A DNA stretch of 64,000 bases. Source: a virus. Below, piece by piece: positions 8,286 through 18,072 of this stretch. The notes under the pieces were generated by a model, which ran no database searches, was not told the origin of the DNA, and saw nothing but the letters and a program-made list of their open reading frames with translations. Every line of letters starts with the position of its first letter. The stretch's first letter is position 1. Made by a program: the position numbers and the translations under genes. The stretch is from IMG/VR virus record IMGVR_UViG_3300045988_103535. The stretch is one strand, 5' to 3'.

Positions 8286-11200
8286 ATGGCAGGAACAGAT
8301 TTAGGTACTATTGTCGCCCACCTTAACCTCGATGTCAATCAATTTCAAAATGGAGTGCAACAAGCTCAGCAACAATTAGAAAATGCAAGTTCAGGTTTTG
8401 ATAGAGTTGCGAATGCAGGTAGGAGATTACAAGGTATAGGAGCAGGGTTAACCGCAGCAGTTACAGTTCCAGTAGCAGGAATTGCAAAATCCGCATATGA
8501 TGTAAATAAAGCATTCCAGTCTTCTATGTCTAATGTTCAAGCATTGTCTGGTGCAACTGGAAAAGATTTACAAGACCTTACTAATTTAGCTAGAGAAATG
8601 GGAGCTACTACTCAATTTAGTGCTTCAGAGGCGGCAGACGCACTTGGTTACATGGCGCTTGCAGGTTGGAATTCTAAAGAATCAATGAAAGGTTTACCAG
8701 GAGTCTTAAACTTGGCTGCGGCGTCAGGTATGGAGCTTGCAGATGCATCAGATATGGTTACCGATTATCTATCAGCTTTTGGTCAAGGTGCTGACCAAGC
8801 AGGACGAATGGCCGATGTACTTGCATACGCACAAGCTCATTCTAATACAACAACTGCCGGTTTAGGTGAAGCGTTCAAGAACTGTGCGGCTAATGCACAT
8901 GCTTTTGGTTTAGATATAGAACAAACAACAGCTTTAATAGGAAAACTATCAGACCAAGGGTTAAAAGGTTCTGAAGCAGGTACTGCATTAACTGCGATGA
9001 TGCGTGATATTACCCAAAAAATGAAAGACGGAAAAATACAAATAGGAAAAACAGCTGTATCGGTACAGGATTCAAATGGTAATTTCCGAGACATGACCGA
9101 CATATTAGGTGATGTAGAAAAAGCTACTAATGGAATGGGAGATGCACAAAAGAATGCCGCCTTAATGGGAACATTTACTGCCGACTCAATAAAAGCATTA
9201 AACATATTATTAAATACAGGTAGCGGAAATGTAAAAGACTTTGAAAAAGCATTGAGAGGTAGTAAAGGGTCAGCTGAGGAAATGGCTAAAACTATGAATG
9301 ACAACTTAGAAGGTGACTTGAAGTCTATGAATTCAGCTATTGAAGAATGTTATCTAACTATGATGGAAAAACTAGACCCAGTACTGAGATTAATAGTTCA
9401 AGGAATTACAAAATTAGCACAAGGTTTTTCAAAAATTCCACAACCTATAATGATAGTCATAATGAGTATAGCAGGCATACTTGCAGTACTAGGTCCACTA
9501 TTAGTAATAATAGGTACAGTAATGACAAAAGCAGAAAAATGTGTTGAAGTTATTAATAGATTTAGAGCATTCAGACAAGCAGGCGGATTTGCACGAATAT
9601 TCTCTACCGCACTCAACGGAGTTCGAACAGCTTGTACTCGAGTTGTAAGTGTTATAACTGGAACAGTAATTCCAGCACTTCAATCATTATGGGCATTTTT
9701 ATTAGCAAATCCAATAGTACTTGTAATAGCGGCTATCGTGGCATTAGTTGCAAGTTTCACTTATTTATGGAATCATTGCGAAGCCTTTAGAGCATTTTGG
9801 ATTAAGTTATGGAAAGACTTCTTAATGGCAGTTCAAAGTTTTTCACCGGCATTAGCAGGAGTTTTTAAAGGTCTTGGAAATGTTATATCAGGTTTTGTAA
9901 ATATTATTCAAGCGTTATTAGGTGGAATAAAAGATATATTTGTAGACATATTCACAGGTAACTTTGATAAAATACCTGAAGACTTTGCACAAATGGGAGA
10001 AAAATTGCAAGATGCAATTAATAAAATATTTGACGGTTTAGGTCAAATAGCACAAAATGCCATGCAAGCACTACAAGATGTATTCATGAATGGACTGAAT
10101 ACATTATTTGACCCAATTATAAATTGGGGATATTCAATATCAGGTGCATTTGGAGATGCAATGGTCGATTTATACGCAGTATTTAAAGACGGTTTTGACC
10201 TTATACTCGACTATTGGAGAGACGTAGGTTCTATTTTGAAGGATTTATTCTCAGGTGACTTTGAAGGCGCACTGCAAGGCGTACAGAACTTATTTTCTCA
10301 TTTAGGAGAAAATGTACTTAATGTATTACAAGACTTAGGAACATTTGTAGTTGATATATTCAGAAGTATAGGCGAAGGTATTACGAATGCGCTATCATCT
10401 GCATGGAATTCAATTACAAGTTGGTTCAGTCAATTAGGTTCTTCTATAATGACTATATTATCAAATGGATTAAGTGCAATAGGTGACTTTTTTAATAACC
10501 TACCTAGTATGATAGGAACTGCGATAGGAGTTGTAGGAGGTGTAATAGCAAGTGCAATAGTAAATGGTTGGAATTTTATTACTCAAACTGTACCTACATA
10601 TTTTACACAAATAGGTCAATGGTTCTCACAATTACCTAGCATGATAGGACAATGGTTGACTGATACGTATAATAGAGTTGCAGAATGGGCTGGTCAATTA
10701 CCTGGCAAAGCTCAAGAAGCTGGCTCAAGATTTATCGAAAGTGCTAGTAATTACTTTACTCAGTTACCTTCAAGAATTGGTAACTGGTTAACTCAAACAT
10801 ATAATAGAGCTAGTCAATGGGCAAGTCAAATGTGGACAAAAGCACAGCAAGCGGGTTCTCAATTTGTGAGTAGAGCATCAAGTGCATTATCTCAACTACC
10901 TGGAAGAATATGGAGTTATTTATCAAGTTGTATTTCAAGAGCAATTAATTTTGCTTCTCAATTTGCTAGTAAAGGTATGCAAGCTGCCTCTAATTTTAAG
11001 AACAGAATATTAAGTGGACTTAGAAGTATACCTTCTCAAGTAGTAGGAATAGGTAGACAAATAGTTCAAGGTTTATGGAATGGAATTAAAGGAGCTGGCA
11101 GTTGGCTAAGAGGTCAAATAAGTAGTTTTGCTAGTAGTGTAGTAGCTGGGTTTAAATCTTCATTTAAAATACATTCACCATCGGGAGTTATGAGAGATGA

Positions 11201-11609
11201 AGTAGGTAAATATTTACCTAAAGGTATAGACGTAGGTATAAAATTAGGAAGTAAAGATACATTAAAAGCGGTTCGAGATTTTTCTAATCAAATAATAGAA
11301 ACTGCTAAACTTGGAAATATATCACAAGCACTATCTGTCAATACTGGTGATGTTAGTACTCAAAATATAGTACAAAATGATAGTACAGTTGCCGCTATAC
11401 AAAGTTTAGAGAGAACTATTGCTCAACAAAATACAGAAATAGACTATAATAAAATAAAAGATTGTTTTGTGTCAGGTGCAAGTAATATAGACTCAACTAT
11501 ACTAATGGATAAAGAAGTTGTAGGTAAGAAAGTAGCGGCACCAGTCAAAACACATAATGACACGACAACAATGAGATTAAATAGATTGGAGGGCATAACA
11601 CAATGGTAA
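8286..11609 (+). CDS. tape measure protein
   Basis: 1107 aa, Ala/Gly/Gln-rich and helical. Central hydrophobic segment 'IPQPIMIVIMSIAGILAVLGPLLVIIGTVM'. The C-terminal third has ~40-aa tandem units ('QLPSMIGQWLTDTYNRVAEWAGQ' / 'QLPSRIGNWLTQTYNRASQWASQ'). Confidence 0.85.
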   Translation: MAGTDLGTIVAHLNLDVNQFQNGVQQAQQQLENASSGFDRVANAGRRLQGIGAGLTAAVTVPVAGIAKSAYDVNKAFQSSMSNVQALSGATGKDLQDLTNLAREMGATTQFSASEAADALGYMALAGWNSKESMKGLPGVLNLAAASGMELADASDMVTDYLSAFGQGADQAGRMADVLAYAQAHSNTTTAGLGEAFKNCAANAHAFGLDIEQTTALIGKLSDQGLKGSEAGTALTAMMRDITQKMKDGKIQIGKTAVSVQDSNGNFRDMTDILGDVEKATNGMGDAQKNAALMGTFTADSIKALNILLNTGSGNVKDFEKALRGSKGSAEEMAKTMNDNLEGDLKSMNSAIEECYLTMMEKLDPVLRLIVQGITKLAQGFSKIPQPIMIVIMSIAGILAVLGPLLVIIGTVMTKAEKCVEVINRFRAFRQAGGFARIFSTALNGVRTACTRVVSVITGTVIPALQSLWAFLLANPIVLVIAAIVALVASFTYLWNHCEAFRAFWIKLWKDFLMAVQSFSPALAGVFKGLGNVISGFVNIIQALLGGIKDIFVDIFTGNFDKIPEDFAQMGEKLQDAINKIFDGLGQIAQNAMQALQDVFMNGLNTLFDPIINWGYSISGAFGDAMVDLYAVFKDGFDLILDYWRDVGSILKDLFSGDFEGALQGVQNLFSHLGENVLNVLQDLGTFVVDIFRSIGEGITNALSSAWNSITSWFSQLGSSIMTILSNGLSAIGDFFNNLPSMIGTAIGVVGGVIASAIVNGWNFITQTVPTYFTQIGQWFSQLPSMIGQWLTDTYNRVAEWAGQLPGKAQEAGSRFIESASNYFTQLPSRIGNWLTQTYNRASQWASQMWTKAQQAGSQFVSRASSALSQLPGRIWSYLSSCISRAINFASQFASKGMQAASNFKNRILSGLRSIPSQVVGIGRQIVQGLWNGIKGAGSWLRGQISSFASSVVAGFKSSFKIHSPSGVMRDEVGKYLPKGIDVGIKLGSKDTLKAVRDFSNQIIETAKLGNISQALSVNTGDVSTQNIVQNDSTVAAIQSLERTIAQQNTEIDYNKIKDCFVSGASNIDSTILMDKEVVGKKVAAPVKTHNDTTTMRLNRLEGITQW

Positions 11610-13717
11610 ATTATTTCATGTTCAATAAAAGTGAAATAAATGAATTATATTTAGTTACAAATATAACAAGAGTGTTATTACCGAAAAAGAAAATAGAAAC
11701 TTTAGACATTGCGTCTAGAGATGGTGAAGTATTCAATGGGAGCAAATATGCTCCTATTGAATATGATATAACAATTCTTATTTCAGGTGATGACGAAGCA
11801 GACTTGAAAAGCAAAATAAGAGACTTAAAGAATTTACTTTATTCAAAAGTACCAGTAGAGGTTAAATTATTTGATGAAACTAAGTTCTCTTATGGCATAA
11901 TTTCAGACGATATCGACTTAACTCCAAAATCAGCATTAGATGTATTAGCTAAGGCACATTTAATATGTTATATGCCATTTTTCTATAGTGTGGATTTAAA
12001 AGTAACAGATAATAAAGAGAATAAAACATTAGTGAATATTGAAAATACTGGCGATGTGGAAACAAAACCATTCTTTACTAATGTATTTTCAAGTAATGCT
12101 AATTTCTTGCAATTACAAAATCAAGTTACTAAAGAAACTTTATTAGTAGGTGATTATCCAAGCTTAGAGCTTGAGTCCAAAGACCCATATTCAACTGCAC
12201 TAAATGACCCATGCACAACAACATCAAATTGGGTAAGTTCTACTGTACCTATTGATAGTAATAGAAGCGGTGGAGGAACTTTAGCAGTTACAAATGAAAA
12301 TTCGGGATTATGTATAGGTACTCTACCTTCTAATAGTTCTACTGATACAAATGTATGGAAAGGTGTGCAAGTAAGAAGAAATTTAACTGCACCATTAGAC
12401 GATTTTAAAGTAGAGGCATATTTAACAATGAAGTCAACCGGCGTAAATGGCGACCCTACTTTAGTGCCAGTCGACAAAGAAACAGTATATGCTGGTGGTA
12501 CTAAAACTGTATATGAAGTTAAATCAAAAACATTAAAATGTAGAACAGGCCCTGGTACTTCTTATTTGTGCGTGCATACACTAAAAAAAGGTCATATAAT
12601 ACAAAATGCTAATATAGTAAATGGTTGGTTAAAGTTTACTGACTCAGAAGTTAATAATGGAGCAACTTCTATCTATTGCAATAAAAATTATACAAAGGCA
12701 AAAACCGTATCGACAACTATTACTACAACAAAAAGAAATGTCGTAGCGAAACAACCTACAAGTATTAGAGCCTCATATTCATGGGATTCTACTTCATTAA
12801 TAGTAGTTCCTAAAAATGGAGTTGTTAGAATAATTTCAACTAAAACATATTCAAGTAAAGGTAGCGATGGCGTTGTAAGAAATTATTACAAACTTGCAGA
12901 ACCTTATAAAGGTTACGATGGTTATATTTGTACAGGTAATTTGTACCCACTTACAGACGACCCAGTCATTACGATTACGTATGATACGCCACAAGAAACT
13001 GCGGACGATAAAACCGGAGTTATTGAATTATACGGAATGGGAGTTAATGGCGAAAGGATTTTCAAATTTGAAATGTGTGACGACCAAGAATATTTTGAAT
13101 ATAACTGTCCAAAAGTATATGTTGGATTAAAATGTGAATATCAAGATGAAACAAAAGTCAGAAAACCGAATAACTATACTACTATAAATAATAACGAAGT
13201 CAAAGTTACAAATTATATGTCTGGTGTATTAGGTAATTGGAATGATTTTTATGGCAAAATATCAATTTCTAGGGTTAAAGATAGTAACGGCAATCATGTA
13301 TGGACTGTATCAATTAACAAATTATATCAAGGTAATATAATAGCTAATAAAAAATTTACAAAAACAATAAATAATACAGCTACAGAAAATCTATCATACT
13401 TTATTTTATACATGGGAACATATGGTAATATTGATAAGTGTACTGACATGGCACTTAATAGCTTAAAGGTACAGGGTATATCAAAGGTTGACACAACTGT
13501 AAATAATAAAATCGAATTTCGTGAGGGTGATGTTATTGATATAGACTTTGAAAATAGAAATGTATATCTCAATCAAGAACTTAGAAATGACCTTGTGGAT
13601 ATAGGTAGTTATTTCTTTGATATAGAAAAAGGTATAAATCCCATAAAAATATTTACTAATGATACGAATATTTATTCGTGTGGAATTATACAAGAAAAAT
13701 GGATTGGAGCTGAGTAA
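11603..13717 (+). CDS. distal tail protein (Dit), enlarged form with SH3b-like insertions
   Basis: First gene after the TMP. 704 aa versus ~250 aa for a minimal Dit. Internal 'KCRTGPGTSYLCVHTLKKGHIIQNANIVNGWLKF' is SH3b-like. Confidence 0.6.
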   Translation: MVNYFMFNKSEINELYLVTNITRVLLPKKKIETLDIASRDGEVFNGSKYAPIEYDITILISGDDEADLKSKIRDLKNLLYSKVPVEVKLFDETKFSYGIISDDIDLTPKSALDVLAKAHLICYMPFFYSVDLKVTDNKENKTLVNIENTGDVETKPFFTNVFSSNANFLQLQNQVTKETLLVGDYPSLELESKDPYSTALNDPCTTTSNWVSSTVPIDSNRSGGGTLAVTNENSGLCIGTLPSNSSTDTNVWKGVQVRRNLTAPLDDFKVEAYLTMKSTGVNGDPTLVPVDKETVYAGGTKTVYEVKSKTLKCRTGPGTSYLCVHTLKKGHIIQNANIVNGWLKFTDSEVNNGATSIYCNKNYTKAKTVSTTITTTKRNVVAKQPTSIRASYSWDSTSLIVVPKNGVVRIISTKTYSSKGSDGVVRNYYKLAEPYKGYDGYICTGNLYPLTDDPVITITYDTPQETADDKTGVIELYGMGVNGERIFKFEMCDDQEYFEYNCPKVYVGLKCEYQDETKVRKPNNYTTINNNEVKVTNYMSGVLGNWNDFYGKISISRVKDSNGNHVWTVSINKLYQGNIIANKKFTKTINNTATENLSYFILYMGTYGNIDKCTDMALNSLKVQGISKVDTTVNNKIEFREGDVIDIDFENRNVYLNQELRNDLVDIGSYFFDIEKGINPIKIFTNDTNIYSCGIIQEKWIGAE

Positions 13718-13718
13718 T

Positions 13719-16700
13719 ATGCAAATATATATTTTAGATAATAAAAAATATAATATAGGCTCAATAGATACAGAAACATCAAACATAAGTAATGATAAAT
13801 TTATTCAATACCTAGAAACAGGTGCATTTACTTATGAGTTTGATATTATTTTAGATAATAACAATAGTGAACTTTTAGAAGAAAAAAATTTCATGGTATT
13901 CTATTGGCGAAATAAACTAAAAATGTTTCAAATAGAAACTATAAAAGATACAGAAGGAATTCTATATGTTACAAGAAACGTCTATGCTGTGCCATGTACT
14001 TTAGAACTATACCAAAATCATGTTAGACCTATTACTATTGAAGGTACTATTGAGACATGCCTTACAAGTATTTTGCAAGATACAAACTTTAAAGTAGGAA
14101 ATATTTCTCCTACATTGGCAAATATAGGAAAAAGCATGAATATTACTTCTATTACCCCAGTCTATACTGTATTACAGGATTTAATATCATTATTTGATAA
14201 TATTGAGTTAGACATACGTATAGAACGTATAAGCAGTATTCAAGGCAAGTATGAATTTTATATAGACGTATACGCAAACGGTGAATTAGGTAATAAAACT
14301 GATTTAAGAATTGAGTATAATTGGAATGAATATGGACTCAAAAAGACAAGCGATGGCAGTAATTATTATAGTGGTTTAATAGCACAAGGAAAAAATGGAA
14401 TTACATTTTCAGATATAGCATGGGACGTATACAGAGGTGACCCATTAAATAAACCTCTAGGTCAAGATTATTTAGTTGACCCAAAAATTCATGAAATTTA
14501 TAACAATGGAGGAAAATATATTCTAGGTTCTTATAATTCAGATAGTGCTACAACTCCTATCGACTTATTATGGGAAACTTATGAAAAATTACAAGAAGTA
14601 AAAAGCGTAAAAGTTAATTTCGAAGTTCCTATATATTTAGAAAAATCTGAATATGAAAATATAAATATAGGAGATACAGTTCAAGTATTTAACCCAAAAT
14701 TTAACCCAGACATAACTTTAGCTGCTAGGGTAGGTACATTACAAATATCATTTACTGACCCAGCTCAAAATAAAATAACTCTAAGTAATTATAAGTCAGT
14801 AAAATCTAAAATAAGACATTATAGTAATGACGATATTATTAAGGAAGCAGTATCAAATATATTAAACCTTAGAGTTGGAAAATTAACTCCAGCGGATAGG
14901 TTAGCAATACAAAATTTACTTGCAAAATTAAATGTTGACAAGACAAACATGGATAAAATAATAGACAATATTATTAATAACCTAAAACCTGATATTCCAC
15001 AATTGCCAGACGATATTGGCGAGGACTTAGAAGACTATACTGCAATAAAAATAAATACTTTAGACAAAGGGTTATGGCTAGGTGATAAAAGAATTTATGA
15101 CCTAAAAAATTATGGAATTATTAAAATATCTGAACAACAAGAAGGTGACATAACGCAAGACACTAAAGCATATGCAGAAGCTATAAAATATTATAGTAAA
15201 TACAATTTAGGTAAATCAATTAATGACCCAGAATTCACGGCAATAGTTAGCTCCAATAATAAATATAAAATACCTACTATAGTTAATTATTGGGCGCCTA
15301 AATTTGGATTAGACCCATACATTGTTTTTATGTGTATTTGTGGAGAGTCAAGAGGAAATCCAACATCTGCAACTTCATATAGCGGAGGCGGCTATGGGCT
15401 AATGCAATGCGAACGTTCTGTATATTTCAATAAAAAACAAACGATAACTTTTATAGACGGCTCAACAACAACATTTACACCTTCTTATAGTACAATGCAA
15501 CCTAACAAAGGTGGAACTACTACTCTAAATGGCGTAGTAGTAAATAAAAATATTAGCAATCAAATAATGTTCGGTTGTCACGAATTGAGAGTTTCTGCCG
15601 ACTGGTGTCATTATAATATATTCGCTATGTTGATAGGTAATAATATGGGAATAGGAGCGGCAGCTTGGATAGTTGCAAAATATACTGCAGAAAAATATGG
15701 ATTCACTTTTAAAAATTCATATTTAAGTTTCGCTAGTTTACCTACTGCTTATAGAATTAAATGCTATGAAGTACTAGAAAGTGGTACAGGAGATTTCGCA
15801 TCTTATAGAAAAGATTGGGTAGATTATAGAAATTCAATCGGTAAGCCAGCTGGTACAGTTAATAATATAGAATTATATTTATGTTTCTATCAATCACAAA
15901 ATGGTAGTTTACCTTATATACTAGATAAGCAAGGTAAAAAATATGGTCTTGGAGTTAGTAATACTGGTGATAGTAAACCTGGACAACAACAAACAACTCA
16001 ACCTACAGGTTCGGAAGTTAGAAAAATAATAGTAGATACAGCGAAGAAAATAGTATCACAACACGTTGACCAAAAAATAGCTACTTATGACCAAGGTAGT
16101 AGAACTGTTAACTTTGATAAACCGAATAAATATAGAGGTACAATATATGGTATAAAAAATCCAATTTGTTACGACTGTTCATCATTAGTATCATGTTCAT
16201 ATTTAAAAGCTGGCATGAAGTCTGTATATGCTAAGAGTTGTGCTTATGGTACATTAGTTGCAGGAGCTACTGCAAAATCAGGTTACAAAATGTTTAAAAT
16301 AACAAAAACTACTATAGAGGATATGCTACCTGGCGATATTATAATGATGACTAATAAAACATGCCCTACAACATTTACTAGAGCACAAGCTATAGCAAAG
16401 AACTTTACACATCACACATTAATATATTGTGGCAAAGAAAATGGCACTCATATGGTAGCACATGCAAGAAAATGGGATTGGTGGCCTAAAGCAATAATGT
16501 ATATGCCGGTATATTCTGACATATATAAATACGGCTTCTGTCTAAGACCTTATGAATTAGTAGAAAAAGATAAACTTGTTACTAATACAGAAAGTACAGG
16601 AGCTGACGGTGAAATTATTATCGATGACCAAATAGTACAGAATAAAGACTTAAATGCATTTACAGCTAAAGGAGTGCCAGGTGCAACTGCAGACATGTTC

Positions 16701-18068
16701 TATGAAGATGACCTATTAGTCTCATATATACAAGTTGGGGAAACTGCTGACTCATTACCTTACCCAACTCAACCTGAATATATATTTTTACATTTTGGAA
16801 TAAATCATCTAACTACAGACGATGCACAGAATGTAATAAATCTAGTAGAAACTCTATTAGTTAAATATCCGAAAACTCCAATATTTATTGCAAAAGAATG
16901 GCATGCAACTTCTGTATTAGCTGATTATCAAACTATAAATACAAATGTTGATGAATATAATAATATAATTGAAACATACTGTAATAAAACTCAATATGTT
17001 ATATTCCTTGATATAGGTAATGTTCCAGACACTTCAGATGGATATACTTGTGCTGATAAAGCAAGTACTCAAACTTATTATAATCAAGTAAAAACTGCGA
17101 TAAAAAATAAAGTGATAGGATATACACCTTCAGACGATACAAAACCTGAAGAAACTGCAAAGAATGTGGAGTACATTATGGAATTTAAAGATGATAAAGA
17201 TTTCGGACTTGTAAAAAGTATATTCATTAAATTTTATTCAGCTGTATCTGATACATTTTGGGCTAAGTATAAATTTAAGACACAAAAAGATACTGAGCCA
17301 ACAAAATTTACGCAATCAAATATAATATATTATGAAGGCGATGACTGTAGTAGCGGCGCATTAATATGTAAGGCAGATACTCAATATTCAATACTATGTT
17401 TAAGTAATCCAGACAGAACTAATCAATACAATGGTAAAAAATATATAGGAGTTGTTACTGCTAATCATGGTAATGGCACATACACAGATTGTGGCGATTT
17501 TATAGGAAAAGATAAGATTATTGAAATCGGTGAAACTTATTGGGAAAATAGAGCAAAATTTGTATATAATACAAAAACCCCATTAACTTATACAAACCCA
17601 GACAAGAACAAAACTAAATGGAAAGATAGTAACGGTAAATATCATATAGACTGTTCAACATTCGTATCATTATGCTGTAGAGGAATTCCGTATAATGAGT
17701 CGCCTTATAGTAAAAAATGGACTTCACGAGATAAAAAAAGTTCAACTATACCTTGGGCATTTGACCCAGGTCGATATGCTGCCGATATTGCTAAATATTG
17801 TGTATCAAAAGGTTGGGTAGCAACTGGAATTGATACAACTAATTGGTCAAATATAGAAAAAGGTGACTTGATATTTTGGGATAGAGACGGCAAAGATTTA
17901 AAAAGATTTATGTCAGTTTCGCATGTAGGAATATGTAGTGGATTCGATGCTGACGGAGATGCGACTACTATTGAAGTTACAACTGTTAGTGGTGCAGTTT
18001 ACAAACGTAAACTAAAAGATAATCAACCTGGCAAGGTTATATTAGTATGTAGAATAAGAAAGGATTGA
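13719..18068 (+). CDS. tail-associated lysin (Tal) with lytic transglycosylase and two NlpC/P60-like domains
   Basis: Start moved to the ATG at 13719, directly after the Dit stop; the track extension from 13659 overlaps Dit. Motifs: SLT 'CGESRGNP...GGGYGLMQC'; NlpC/P60 'CYDCSSLVSCSYLKAG...HHTLIY'; second 'HIDCSTFVSLCCRG...SHVGIC'. Confidence 0.75.
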   Translation: MQIYILDNKKYNIGSIDTETSNISNDKFIQYLETGAFTYEFDIILDNNNSELLEEKNFMVFYWRNKLKMFQIETIKDTEGILYVTRNVYAVPCTLELYQNHVRPITIEGTIETCLTSILQDTNFKVGNISPTLANIGKSMNITSITPVYTVLQDLISLFDNIELDIRIERISSIQGKYEFYIDVYANGELGNKTDLRIEYNWNEYGLKKTSDGSNYYSGLIAQGKNGITFSDIAWDVYRGDPLNKPLGQDYLVDPKIHEIYNNGGKYILGSYNSDSATTPIDLLWETYEKLQEVKSVKVNFEVPIYLEKSEYENINIGDTVQVFNPKFNPDITLAARVGTLQISFTDPAQNKITLSNYKSVKSKIRHYSNDDIIKEAVSNILNLRVGKLTPADRLAIQNLLAKLNVDKTNMDKIIDNIINNLKPDIPQLPDDIGEDLEDYTAIKINTLDKGLWLGDKRIYDLKNYGIIKISEQQEGDITQDTKAYAEAIKYYSKYNLGKSINDPEFTAIVSSNNKYKIPTIVNYWAPKFGLDPYIVFMCICGESRGNPTSATSYSGGGYGLMQCERSVYFNKKQTITFIDGSTTTFTPSYSTMQPNKGGTTTLNGVVVNKNISNQIMFGCHELRVSADWCHYNIFAMLIGNNMGIGAAAWIVAKYTAEKYGFTFKNSYLSFASLPTAYRIKCYEVLESGTGDFASYRKDWVDYRNSIGKPAGTVNNIELYLCFYQSQNGSLPYILDKQGKKYGLGVSNTGDSKPGQQQTTQPTGSEVRKIIVDTAKKIVSQHVDQKIATYDQGSRTVNFDKPNKYRGTIYGIKNPICYDCSSLVSCSYLKAGMKSVYAKSCAYGTLVAGATAKSGYKMFKITKTTIEDMLPGDIIMMTNKTCPTTFTRAQAIAKNFTHHTLIYCGKENGTHMVAHARKWDWWPKAIMYMPVYSDIYKYGFCLRPYELVEKDKLVTNTESTGADGEIIIDDQIVQNKDLNAFTAKGVPGATADMFYEDDLLVSYIQVGETADSLPYPTQPEYIFLHFGINHLTTDDAQNVINLVETLLVKYPKTPIFIAKEWHATSVLADYQTINTNVDEYNNIIETYCNKTQYVIFLDIGNVPDTSDGYTCADKASTQTYYNQVKTAIKNKVIGYTPSDDTKPEETAKNVEYIMEFKDDKDFGLVKSIFIKFYSAVSDTFWAKYKFKTQKDTEPTKFTQSNIIYYEGDDCSSGALICKADTQYSILCLSNPDRTNQYNGKKYIGVVTANHGNGTYTDCGDFIGKDKIIEIGETYWENRAKFVYNTKTPLTYTNPDKNKTKWKDSNGKYHIDCSTFVSLCCRGIPYNESPYSKKWTSRDKKSSTIPWAFDPGRYAADIAKYCVSKGWVATGIDTTNWSNIEKGDLIFWDRDGKDLKRFMSVSHVGICSGFDADGDATTIEVTTVSGAVYKRKLKDNQPGKVILVCRIRKD

Positions 18069-18072
18069 TAAT

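Noticed and set aside
13659-13718. The ORF-track N-terminal extension of the Tal gene (start 13659), and similarly the extension of the primase gene (33021-33059).
   Set aside because: The extensions overlap the preceding gene or a promoter. The internal ATGs (13719 directly after the Dit stop; 33060 after GGAGAGGAGG) have proper initiation context.
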